Source of the DNA: Octopus sinensis
Lineage: Eukaryota
Length of the DNA stretch: 64,000 nucleotides
Assembly: GCF_006345805.1 (NCBI RefSeq)
Contig: NC_042999.1
Location: 167,896,001 to 167,960,000 of the forward strand
Reading direction: 5' to 3'
The position numbers and the translations under genes are program-made. The notes under the pieces are model-generated. The model ran no database searches. It was not told the DNA's origin and saw only the letters and a list, made by a program, of their open reading frames with translations. Positions 39,316 through 51,350 of the stretch are shown here, one piece after another (the first letter of the stretch is position 1; the number at the start of each line of letters is the position of its first letter).

Positions 39316-39401
39316 GAGCCTCAAGATTGCAAGGAGACACAATGTACATTATTAAAACCTCCCTAGGTAACATTTCCTATGTATGAAACTATTAGTAGCT
39401 C
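39316..39401 (+). ncRNA. Type I hammerhead motif with one core substitution (G5->C), downstream of the PLE ORF
   Basis: GAGC-CUCAAGA-uugc...guau-GAAAC-UAUUA-GUA/GCUC. Confidence 0.6.
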
Positions 39402-39530
39402 ATAACTCTATACTGTGTACATTAAACAATATTTATCTCTCACTGGGCAGAGTTCTTTTTTGTTGAATTTACCTTAACAGAAAAGTAAGCCATATATGTA
39501 TATATCTCTATTTACTTATATATATATATA

Positions 39531-39578
<48 letters not shown>

Positions 39579-39780
39579 GAACATAATCAAAAAGGGTAAT
39601 AACATAGGTTATTATTACCAGTGGCCTAGCACAAAAGACGAATTAGTCATTAGACAAAATATTATTCATATAGAAATATAATAAAAGGCCTCCAAATAAG
39701 GAAGCTTAGTGCTAGAGACACAAAGAGGGATAAATTCATGGAGAGAATGAAAATCAAAAACATTTACCATTAACGATATA

Positions 39781-39858
39781 TCCCGGACTGATCAGTTTCT
39801 ACCTCTTTCTAGCAAAACAGACAGAATATGTTTGCCAAGGCAAGGTTCGTCAGCGAGA
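39781..39858 (-). ncRNA. Type I hammerhead ribozyme motif, intact core (HHR-40)
   Basis: UCUCG-CUGACGA-ACCU...AGGU-a-GAAAC-UGAUCA-GUC/CGGGA; stem III ACUGAUCAGU is a perfect palindrome; cleavage between 39786 and 39785. Confidence 0.78.
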
Positions 39859-40424
39859 CGCCTTCCTAATTCTAGATGCTCAGAGCGTTAGAGCACATGT
39901 CAGTCTAACAATTTGTATATCTTAACTTTTCAAACCTCTGCGCAGACACAAAATATACCCGGCAACATAGGGCATGCTGGTAAGCACTAAGCTTTCTTAT
40001 TTGGGAGCCTTTTATTATATTTCTATATCTATATATATATATATATATACATAAATTAGAAACAATCACCTTTTATCAATTCAAAATGAACAATTAAATT
40101 ACACTATCTAGAAAATTACATATAATATAAATATTAAAATTAAAATAACAGGTGGTGCTCCAGCATGGCCGCAATCAAATGACTGAAACAAGTAAAAGAG
40201 AGTAAAAGAGAGTAATAATATACCGATGATTAAGTATATTGCAAAATAATAATTTTTTAGATGGTGTAATTTAATTGTTCACTTTGAATTGATAAAAGGT
40301 GGTTTTTTCTAATTTTTATAGATGTATATTATATTTTGTGTAATTTGATTTAGTTTTTCTAAATTGAATTTTTCCCTGTAAGTTAGGAATAATATTCCCT
40401 CAAATAATTATTATATATATATAT

Positions 40425-41870
40425 TCATCAAGGAGGTAGCAGAGCGGAGGCCAAGAACTACAGACCTATCTCTCTGACCTCACACTTCCTTGAAGAAAAT
40501 GACTTGCTACCTGACACCCAACATGGTTTCCGACCAGGAAGAAGCTGCCTAACTCAGCTCCTACAACACTACGACTGGGTGCTGAAACGACTACTCAACC
40601 ACTCAAATGTGGAAGTGATATATCTCGACTTTGCAAAGGCCTTTGATAAAATCGATCATGGAATGATGTGTCACAAATTGCGTGATCTTGGCATAGTTGG
40701 AAAATTGGGAGAATGGCTTCATGACTTTCTGAAGGATAGAAGCCAGGTGGTAGTAGCCAATGGGGCCACTTCCATTAACACGCAAATAGTGAGTGGTGTT
40801 TCGCAAGGCACTGTTTTGGGACCACTACTGTTAATAATGGCCCTCTCAGACATGCCCTCAAGCCACGTAGAGAGCCATGATCACAAGTTATGTAGATGAT
40901 ACAACAGTTTCACAAGTAATACAGAACCCTGAAGACACTAAGCACCTGCAATGTGACCTGGAAGAAATATACAAGTGGGCTGAAAAGAATAGCATGCAGT
41001 TCAATGCTGAAAAGTTTCAAGCTTTATGCTATCAGCATGCAAAACTAAATGCATTACCCAATAAATACACTGGACCTGGAGGGATTGCAATCCCGGAGGT
41101 ACAATCAGTGCGAGACCTGGGTATTTACATGAGTAATGATGCAAACTTTCAGGTGCATGTTGTTAAATTGGCAATGAAATGTAGGCGGCTGACCGGATGG
41201 ATTCTTAGAGCTTTTAGAACAAGAGACCAGGAAAAATGATGGTCCTCTGGAGGACACTTGTCCTAAGCCACTTTGACTATTGGTCACCATCCAGTGTCAA
41301 GTTAATCACAGAACTTGAGGGGGCGATCCAACAAAGCTACATGAAAAAGATAGCCTCTGTGCAGCATATAAGCTATTGGGAAAGACTCAAGAGAGTAAGA
41401 CTCTATTCCTTAGAGCATAGGCGAGAAAGATATGCCATAATATACATCTGGAAGATCCTGGAAGGACTTGTCCCAAACTTTGGCATCGAGAGTTACACAG
41501 ATACTAGAAGTGGGTGTCACTGCATAGTGCCAAGGACTCCAAATTTGCCATCAAGATGTAGGACAAGATACTGTGATAGCCTGGGCTTCAGAGGTCCACA
41601 GTTCTTCAATATCCTCCCGAAGGACCTGAGAGACCTGCATGGGGTGGATGCAGATGTCTTTAAAATAAACCTGGATCTCTTCTTGTCAGGTATCCCAGAT
41701 GAACCAACTTCACGGCAGGAGGTGCAGATGAGGGCAGCTGCATCGAACTCTCTCATGCACCAAATGTCAATTGCTAAAAGGCATTCGTGAAGTATAATCA
41801 TGTAGCAACACCGATTGGCGGTGCCCCAGCATGGCCACAGCTTGTGAGCTGAAACTTAATAAAATAAAAA
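40425..41870 (+). pseudogene. 5'-truncated CR1-clade LINE (RT domain to 3' end)
   Basis: NYRPISLTSH, QHGFRPGRSCLTQLL, IYLDFAKAFDK, GVSQGTVLGPLL, YVDDT, RERYAIIYIWK; ~15-codon deletion after SLTSH and frameshifts at ~40870 and ~41236; A-rich tail. Confidence 0.95.
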
Positions 41871-42500
41871 TTTAGTAAAGTGAGGGTGTATTTTCAAGCT
41901 GATTTAATTTCTGCCAACACTGACTTCAAGTATGTAATTGCAGCCAATAACTCAGGCTCATTTTATTGAGCCTGGTGGTTGTCTTAGAGATGCCCTGTGT
42001 CAAAAAATATCATCTGCAGCAGATGTTCTCTTGACATCATTCACACATGCCTGACTCAGGCTCAGAAGTTACAGCTTGTGTTGTTATCTATAATTGTAAA
42101 AATTAAAAGCAATTCAAATTCAACATTTTCTTGAAGCAATAAATTTCTATAGAGATTAAGATTTAACTTGGTCGAATATAAATGAACCTGCCAGGTGTAA
42201 AAGACTAACTGACATTGCTGGTGTTTGTTGTGCACTCCGTTGTCGTTGTTTGATTGCTTTTATTCCGTGCATCTGTGTGTAAATACCAGTTGTGTTTTGC
42301 AGGATTATTTCTACCCTTAACTTAGAAATGGAGAAAGAAATAGTGCTAGATATAAAAAGAAAATATGCCGTTTAGGGCTAGAAATATTGCAGGAAAACGT
42401 GAAAGTCTTCAAGCAGGCATTTGTCTTATGCAAAATCTGTGATGAATCCCAATGACGAAATCTATAATGAGCCCGAGTGATGCTGATGACCTGGAGTCAC

Positions 42501-42578
<78 letters not shown>

Positions 42579-42598
42579 AGAGAGATACAAATGTATCG

Positions 42599-42744
42599 AG
42601 TTCTTTTACAGGGCTTAGAAAAACTGAAGGACTGCTGTAATAAGTGTGTGAATCTGGGAGGGGAACATGTTGAATAAAATCATAATTAACTGATCCTCTT
42701 GTATTTTCTTTTACCCAAAGCCAGGAACTTTCAGTTCCCCCTTG
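42599..42744 (+). mobile_element. mariner MITE 3' half
   Basis: LLQGLEKLKDCCNKCVNLGGEHVE* then TIR gccaggaactttcagttcccccttg|TA. Confidence 0.75.
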
Positions 42745-43578
42745 TATGTATATCTATATATATATATATATAAAACACAGGATGTATGTCTGTGTATTTG
42801 TCATGTCATTAAAACTCAAGATCTACCCAACCGATTTTTATGAAATTTTACACATGGATTACATAGGGTCCATGGAGCGTCATGGGACAAAATATTTTCA
42901 ACTTCTTGCCTAATGTGGGCCCAGGGGCAGATAAAATGCATTTTCAAAGCATTTTGGCATTCCTCCAAATTTGCAACAAACATTAATCAGGCTCCTCAAA
43001 TTGCAGTTGATTAAAAAAAATCTCTGATGCCGATTGTGGACCCTCCAAAATGCAGATTAATCAGATTTGAGTATACTGCACTAGGTCTTATCTTTGTTTT
43101 AGGCCATTTTCCAACAATAAAATATTGACACTACTTATGCATTATAAGCAGCGTATAATATTTCAGGAAAACCTTTTTGTCCAATTTGGCAGAGGAAATG
43201 AGAAGAACATTAACAGTTTTGTCGGCGCCATGTTGATGCTTCATGTTAGCATCCTGCAAACCACCAGGCCATGTGCATGTGTGTGCAGCTGGGTAAAGGC
43301 ACAACAAACCCATTCATCCATTCTCCAGAAGTGTCCTGTTGATGTTTCACGTTTCCAATCCTGCGCAACACAGCAAGGCCCGGCAGCATGTCTGCTTTCT
43401 ATGTCATCCATGTCTGAACTATATAATGCAAAATGTTCGTACAACAAAAAACAAACTGCTGTTGTGACTCACAGCCGTTTGAGTTTGACCACATGACCAC
43501 TTCCGAGAGGTACACTCACCACCTGCAATTTGTCCCCACCCCTGTGTTTCCTCCCCCATTTAGTCAGACGAGTAAATA

Positions 43579-44273
43579 CAGGTTGTCCCAGAATTAATGA
43601 TGATTTCAGTAAAATCGGATGCATTTTTTAAAACTCACTCTATGTTAATCATGCTTAATATGTGTTAAAAGTGTATAAATTTTGAATTTTGTTTATAATT
43701 TGATTTTCATTCCTGTTGGGCCCCTCTTATATGTCCAGGACAGCTTTTATTCATTTTGGCTGGATTCATTTTCTTTACCTCCATCCCCAAGATAGAGCTG
43801 AGCTTAACAACCCTTTAGTATTGAAACCGGTCATATCCGGCTAAAATATTCTACCTATTTTATGTTCAGAATAGTCAGGTATGGTCATTCATAGCTACCT
43901 TATTGTGTCATTTTAAAAATAAAGAATCACATCATTGAAATCTCAAAGCCATGAAATGATGCAAGATTAATTTTACATGGTGTGAATACATAAGCTTTAT
44001 ATTTGACAGAGTAATATGAATGCTAAAGGGTTAAAGAACACATTCAGTTAGCAGTGCAGGAGCTAACTCCTGAAATGCTTCAAAGTGTGTTTCACAATGC
44101 TTCAGGGAGAGATTTGAAGTATGCAAGGATACAGACATGTTGAAAATTTTCAATAAAAGTTTGACGTAAGATTTATAAATCTATTTGTTTTGGTAATAAG
44201 CATAAAATTCTGTCACTTTTTTAAAATTCTGATCAATTTCACTGAAACATATCAGTAATTCTGGAACACCCTG
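43579..44273 (+). mobile_element. Non-autonomous Tc1/mariner-superfamily element with piggyBac-type MITE inserted
   Basis: TIRs caggttgtcccagaatta / taattctggaacaccctg; remnant KEHIQLAVQELTPEMLQSVFHN...HVENFQ*. Confidence 0.65.
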
Positions 44274-44638
44274 AATGGTGTAGCATTGTTAGTTGTTGCG
44301 TTGCTCGAGTAAATATCACGATCAGAGGTCATCTCACTGTAAACATCTCATCTTTTTGTTAAGTATATTGTATCAAGGAGTATATTATCCAAAATGTATC
44401 TCATGTTGCCTTGAGTTTAGTCCCAATCTGCGGCACGTTGGGCAATTCTCTTTCAGTTTCCTGCCGACCCAAAGCCTTGTGTATTATATAACTGCCATTA
44501 TTGTATTGATATATACAACTCACTTATTATTATTGTCATATAATAAACAAACAGAAGTTCGTGTATGAAATTGATCTTTTCTCTACTTCAATTATTATGT
44601 TTTTTTCTTATGAAATACACACATACAGGAGGAGTAAA

Positions 44639-44988
44639 TCTCTATATATAATAACACTTTGAATGTGCCTCCCAAAAATGAGTAGATCAACGATGGGTAT
44701 TACTGCTAGTATGGATGGATGGATGTTTATTTGTTTGTTTGTTTATATATGTAAAATCTACAGTATATATACATGTATATGTTTATATATATACAGCGTA
44801 CATTTAAACACATAAGAGGTATCCATCATAGGACTACCTGCACGCTAGAGAGGACAGTTAAATTCCAAACCACTATTAGGGATAAAATGATATTGTTAAT
44901 TATATGTATATGTTTATATACATATATCTATATCATTAATTAATAAATATAAGGGTAGCAAAAAAATTCTCCGCTACCAGCGGTCTAG
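44639..44988 (+). mobile_element. Non-autonomous Helitron
   Basis: 5' A|TC(tctatatata), 3' ggtagc...gctacc hairpin then CTAG|T. Confidence 0.7.
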
Positions 44989-45026
44989 TGAGAGAGTAAA
45001 GATAGTCAAAGACTATATAATATACA

Positions 45027-45249
45027 TTCAACAATATAAGGAATGGCCCTGATAGGCCATTCGACTCACTAGAAAGAGCAGCCAAACTCAAACCACTTAA
45101 TAGTTGTAATTCTGAAATTGAAAGAGGAAAAGGGCAAATGTTTTTATTTCTCTTTCAATTTCAGAATTACAACTATTTAGCGGTTTGAGTTTGGCTGCTC
45201 TTTCTAGTGAGTCGAATGGCCTATCAGGGCCATTCCTTATATTGTTGAA
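45027..45249. repeat. Near-perfect 100-bp hairpin (arms 45027-45126 and 45150-45249)
   Basis: 98/100 complementary, 23-nt loop. Confidence 0.97.
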
Positions 45250-45488
45250 CATATATCTATATCTATATATCCCCTATAGAAGTATTCAAACACTTATAGG
45301 TAGTGAAAGGAGGAAAAAAGAACAATCATACACACAGAAACACAAACTAATGTAAAGGACTATACACACATTTCTCTCTCACAAAAATACCATGGCTCAT
45401 GATTTATTAATGTATTAGATCTTCAGTTCCTTAGGGTATTTTAGACGTACATACATATATATATATATTATATATATATATATATATA

Positions 45489-45712
45489 TCACGTGATCAC
45501 GTGACCGACCAGTCCATCAGATGTAGTTACACATCGCTGGTCACAATGCATTCGCTAAGCGAGCAGGCCAACAGAAGAAAGAATTGGAGAAAGAGTGGTG
45601 AAAGAGTACAGCAGGGATCACCACCCCCTGCTGGAGCCTCGTGGAGCTTTTAGGTGTTTTCGCGATCCTACAACTACGAGACTGCTGCCCTAACCACTGG
45701 GCCATTGCGCCT

Positions 45713-45715
<3 letters not shown>
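45489..45715 (-). mobile_element. tRNA-derived SINE: family C head, internally deleted, with tail D
   Basis: Head ggaggcgcaatggcccagtggttagggcagc as at 63474; tail gcattgtgaccagcgatgtg...gatcacgtga as at 23580-23641. Confidence 0.8.
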
Positions 45716-45806
<91 letters not shown>

Positions 45807-45940
45807 CTATATATATATATATTATATTATATATATATCATATGTATATATATATATATATTATATTATATTATATATATATTATATGTATATATATATA
45901 TATTATATATATATTATATAATATATATATATATCATATG

Positions 45941-45971
<31 letters not shown>

Positions 45972-45989
45972 CATATGTATATATATATC

Positions 45990-46037
<48 letters not shown>

Positions 46038-46111
46038 ATATATTGGGGAATAAATCCAAACTTACAGGGAAAAATCAGATTTAGGATTAAATCCAATTTT
46101 ATAGTATAAAT

Positions 46112-47147
46112 CATCATCATCATCATCATCATTTAGCGTCCGTTTTCCATGCTAGCATGGGTTGGACGGTTCTACTGGGGTCTGTGAAGCCAGAAGGCTT
46201 CATCAGGCCCAGTCAAATCTGGCAGTGTTTCTACGGCTGGATGCCCTTCCTAACGCCAACCACTCCGTGAGTATAGTGGGTGCTTTTTACGTGCCACCCG
46301 CACTGGTGCCAGACAGAGCTGGCAAACGGCCACGAACGGATGGTGCTTTTTATGTGCCACCGGCACGAGGGCCAGGCGAGGCTGGCAACGGACACGAAAC
46401 GGGGCGGTGCTGGCAACGGTCGCGAAACGGAAAGTTCTCTTACATGCCACCGGCACTGGTAACACATCTGCAATTTCCATTGATCAATTTCCATTGATCG
46501 ATTTCGATTCTGATCCTCACTTGCCTCAATGGGTCTTCACAAGCAGAGTTTCGACATGTCACCGGCACTGGTAGCACATCCGCAATTTCCATTGATCGAT
46601 TTCGATTCTGATCCTCACTTGCCTCAACACGTCTTCACAAGTAGAGTTTTGTGTCCCAAGAAGGGAAGGTATGCATACGTAGGCTGGCTCCATCCCATGT
46701 AGAAGGCCACGGGTTGTGGACTCACTTGTCCTGCCGGGTCTTCTCGCGCACAGCACACTTCCAGAGGTCTCGGTCTCTAGTCATTTCCTCAGTGAGACCT
46801 AAAGTTCGAAGGTCGTGCTTCACCACCTCGTCCCAGGTTTTCCTGGGTCTGCCTCTTCCACAGGTTCCCTCAACCGCTAGGGTGTGGCACTTTTTCACAC
46901 AACTATCTTCATCCATTCTCGCCACATGACCATACCAGCGCAAACGTCTCTCTTGCACACCACAACTGATGCTTCTTAGGTCCAGCTTTTCTCTCAAGGT
47001 ACTTACACTCTGCCGAGTGTGAGTACCGGCATTACACATCCATCGGAGCATACTGGCTTCATTTCTAGCGAGCTTACGCATATCCTCAGCAGTCACGGCC
47101 CATGTTTCACTGCCATGTAGCATGGCTGTTCGTACACACGCATCATA
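46112..47147 (-). pseudogene. 5'-truncated RTE-clade LINE (ORF C-terminus, 3' UTR, (GAT)n tail)
   Basis: ORF 46722-47153: ACVRTAMLHGSETW...RRLRWYGHVARM...GRGRPRKTW, a diagnostic RTE C-terminus; uninterrupted, so relatively young. Confidence 0.95.
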
Positions 47148-47181
47148 CATCATACATCATAAATATATTATATTATATATA

Positions 47182-47246
<65 letters not shown>

Positions 47247-47600
47247 GAAAAATACAAACTGGGACAAGAACGTAAAACATTTAGAAGATGATACAAAAAA
47301 CACGGACGGGACATTCGAAGCCTTCGATCTTCAGTCAAGAACCGGATCATCCTAGCAATTTTGGCTGATTAATCTTGAGATCGCTCCAATCCGGCCAGCC
47401 CCAACGAAGAAAACTAAGCTACGAGCATTAGATTTCATGGAAAAAGGATCGAATGTATACGAAACAGGGACAGAAAAATGGACGATGCCACACGAATATA
47501 AAATACAAAAAACAATAATGGTAAAAACAGGACAAAAACAGTAGGTGTCTTACGACTAATAAACAGTACAAGTTTAGCTGGCGTATTTGGAAAGAATGCC

Positions 47601-47649
<49 letters not shown>

Positions 47650-48053
47650 GGCCCAGGAGTGGCTGTGTGATAAGTAGCTTGTTTACCAATCACATGGTTC
47701 CGGGTTCAGTCCCACTGCATGGCATCTTGGGCAAGTGTCTTCTACTATAGCCTCGGGCCGACCAAAGCCTTGTGAGTGGATTTGGTAGACGTAAACTGAA
47801 AGAAGCCCGTCGTATATATGTATATATATATATGCGTGTGTGTGTTTGTGTGTCTGTGTTTGTCCCCCTAGCATTGCTTGACAACCAATGCTGGTGTGTT
47901 TACGTCCCCGTCACTTAGCAGTTCGGCAAAAGAGACCGATAGAGTAAGTACTGGGCTTACAAAGAATAAGTCCCGGGGTCGATTTGCTCGACTAAAAGGC
48001 AGTGCTCCAGCATGGCCACAGTCAAATGACTGAAACAAGTAAAAGAGTAAAGA

Positions 48054-48055
<2 letters not shown>
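47650..48055 (+). mobile_element. SINE A, near-intact
   Basis: Full architecture. Confidence 0.92.
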
Positions 48056-48114
<59 letters not shown>

Positions 48115-48550
48115 CACACACACATATATATACATGCACATACACATATGTGTGTGTATATGTAGTAGGAAATACATTGTATGTAACCTATTTATAGATT
48201 CTGTTAACTCTTATAAATTCATTGTAGATTTTTTCCCCCATGACACTTCAATAAAAAGAAGTTGCATTTAAATCAAATTCTATTGTGCAGTATTGCTTTC
48301 CTTTGCTGAGGTACACTGTCAAATTTTGCAGCGAAAAAGGAAAGGCAGTCAATATAATTGATGCCAATGTATTACTGATATGTACTGTATATTGACTGCC
48401 CTGAATTTTATAAACAGTATTACATTATACAATATTTAAATATTACAGTTATTAAAGATGTCTCATTGTAGGATAGGATTGGAGAAATGTGATATCAATG
48501 CCTTTTTCATGATTGCATGATATTTCATGTTTGATTGCATGATTCTTAAT

Positions 48551-48945
48551 GAAGGTGCATGGATTAGTGGTTAAAGTGTTGGGCTCATGATCATGAGATA
48601 GTGAGCTCAGTTCCTGGACTTGGCTGTATGTTGTGTCCTTGAGCAGGACACTATATTTCACATTGCTCCAGTTCACTCAGCTGTGGAAATGAGTTGCAAT
48701 GTCACTGGTGCCAAGCAGTATTGGCCCCTTTACCTTTCCCTTGGATCACATCAGTGGCATGGAGAAGGGGAGGCTGGTATGCATGGAGATGGGAGGCTGG
48801 TATGCATGGAGAGGGGAGGCTGGTATGCATGGGTGACTGCTGGTCTTCCACAAACAACCATGCCTGGACATGTGCTTCAGAGGGGAATTTTCTAGGTGCA
48901 ATCCCATGGTCGTTAATGACCGAAGGGGTCTTTACCCTTTACCCT
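48551..48945 (+). mobile_element. SINE family E, full-length, with an internal 23-bp triplication
   Basis: Head gaaggtgcatggattagtgg, CORE-like ccttgagcaggacact, (catggagaggggaggctggtatg)x3. Confidence 0.75.
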
Positions 48946-49480
48946 GCATGATATTGACGGTTTTTTTCAAGTAAGAGAAGAGCATTTGCTACTCATGAGG
49001 ATTGAAACCTGAATCACAAATTCACATTATTGATCATTTATCTCTTCTATAAGATCACTGTAAGGTTTGAACAGTGTTTTTTGCTGATGTTGTTGTTATT
49101 GCTCCTGCTGCTACTGTTTTGTGCAGCTCAATGTTTTGCAAGCAGACTGATGATTAGATCCATGCTAGCAAGGATTCTTTTGTCCTTTTAAGAGTATCAA
49201 GGATTACATGGGCTTTGTCCTGATTTTTAAGATGATGTTTGATCTGTGGGAGATTTGACTGCTATTTTTTAGTATATAGAAGCATGGAACAGTGTGGGAT
49301 TCTTAAATTGTTAAATTGTATTAAATAACAGTAATAGGAAAATAAAATTGTGTAACAGAGGATTGAAAAACAAAAAAAATAATGGTTATAGCTTTTGAAT
49401 CTATTCAGCTAGAAATTTAGCTCAATAAGCTTGTCTTTCTTTATATCATGTTGCTTTTCATTTTCAGATAGTATTGAATA

Positions 49481-49697
49481 CAAGCGGGTGCTGTAAAGTT
49501 CCCGGCTTTAGGTAAAAGAAAATACAGAAGAATCAGTTAATTATGATTTTATTAAACATATTCCTCCCTGAGATTCACACACTTATTGCAGCAGTCATTC
49601 AGTTTTTCTAAGCCCTGTAAAAGGACTCAGAAGGTTGGGCCTCCAATCAGGCTTTTCACGACACCCTTAAAGCCAGGAGCTTTTCAGCATCTCCTCA
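49481..49697 (-). mobile_element. mariner MITE, complete
   Basis: TA flanks at both ends, ~29-bp TIRs, same body as 17320 and 42599. Confidence 0.8.
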
Positions 49698-50285
49698 TAT
49701 GTTGAAAATTTAATAAACTTGTCAGAAAACATTTGAAAACTATTACAGACATGTTTTCAATACAACATGTCCTTAGCCTGTTAGCATTTAATCTGGCCAT
49801 ATCCAACCCAAATATTCTACCTGTTTTATGTTCAAACTGATCAGATCCAACGTCTCACACTTATCTGACAATGCCATTCTAAAATATACAAACACACCAG
49901 TTATCTTGAAGTTATAAGACAATGCATGATTAATTCAAAATAATGTGAATAAACAAACATTACATTTGAGAAAGGGATCTGATTGCTAAAGGGTTAATGA
50001 AGAGCTGATTCCGATTAATGGTTGTATGGCTTTGGGCTTGATCCCTTCCCACTGTGCGACACTTTAAGCAAGTGCCTTCTCTTTTTGGTTCATGTTGACT
50101 TATGCCATGTGACTGAAATTTGGTACAGAAACTATTGTATAACACTGTTTGTACACACACACACACCCACATGGATAGATAGATAGTCCAACGCATGCCA
50201 GTTTGGAAAACAGATGATGATGATGATATATATTTATGTATATATACATATTTATGACATACATATATAAGCATATATATGTATA

Positions 50286-50686
50286 TACTCTTTTACTCTT
50301 TTACTTGTTTCAGTCATTTGACTGCGGCCATGCTGGAGCACCACCTTTAGTCGAGTAAATCGACCCCGGGACATATTCTTTGTAAGCCCAGTACTTATTC
50401 TATCGGTCTCTTTTGCTGAACCGCTAAGTGACGGGGACGTAAGCATACCAGCGTTGGTTGTCAAGCAATGCTAGGGGGACAAACACAGACACACACTCAC
50501 ACACACACATATATATATATACATATATACGACAGGCTTCTTTCAGTTTCCGTCTACCAAATCCACTCACAGGCATTGGTCGGCCCGGGGCTATAGCAGA
50601 AGACACTTTACCAAGATGCCACGCAGTGGGACTGAACCCGGAACCATGTGGCTGGTTAGCAAGCTACTTACCACACAGCCACTCCT
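50286..50686 (-). mobile_element. SINE A, near-intact
   Basis: Full architecture. Confidence 0.92.
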
Positions 50687-50688
50687 AT

Positions 50689-50689
<1 letters not shown>

Positions 50690-50738
<49 letters not shown>

Positions 50739-51350
50739 ACCCATGCTGGCATGGTTGGATGGTTTGACCAGGGCTGGTAAGCTGAGGGGCTGCACCAAGC
50801 ATCAGTCTGATTTGACATGATTTCTACAGTTGGATGCCCTTCCTATCACCGACCACTCCAAGAATATAATGGGTGCTTTTACATGTTACCAGCACAGGCA
50901 CCAGTTGTGTGACATCTGACAGAACTATGATTTCACTTGACTTGATGGGTCTTCTACTCAAGCATGGCATATTGCCAAAGGTTTCGGTCATTTGTTATTG
51001 CCTCTGTGAAGCCCAACACTTGAAAGATGCTTTCTATGTGCCACTGGCATTGGTGCTAGTTATATGACACCAGCATCAGCCACGTAGTCTCCCTGAGGCC
51101 TGAAACTTGCGAGGTGCTTTTTACATGCCACCAGCATGGGTACCAGTCACATGACACCAGCTTCGGCTGCAACTACAATTTCACTTGGCTTGGCAGGTCT
51201 TCTTAAGAACAGCTTATTACCAAAAGTCTCGGTCACTAGTCATGGTTCACCACCTTGTCCCGTGTCTTTCTGGGTCTACTTCTTTCACAGGTTCCCTCCA
51301 CCGTCAGAGATCGGCACTTCTTTACACAGCTGTCTTCGTCCATGTACAAT
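50690..51350 (-). mobile_element. Older RTE LINE 3' fragment
   Basis: (CAT)n tail, ccaacccatgctggcatgg, decayed hairpin units and ORF-end remnant. Confidence 0.7.

Noticed and set aside
46190-46210. CUGAUGAA-GCC-uucu-GGC in the RTE 3' UTR (minus strand)
   Set aside because: No GAAA/stem III follows, and the other RTE copy (21395) has CUGGUGCA at this position.
47295-47340. Minus-strand CUGAAGA-UCGAAGGCUUCGA-AUGUC in a PLE-like end
   Set aside because: GAAA box incomplete and no stem I pairing; cannot be called a hammerhead without a family consensus.
48344-48400. 13-bp perfect inverted repeat with a 31-nt loop, pre-miRNA-sized
   Set aside because: Stem too short and cannot be extended; not compatible with Drosha/Dicer geometry.
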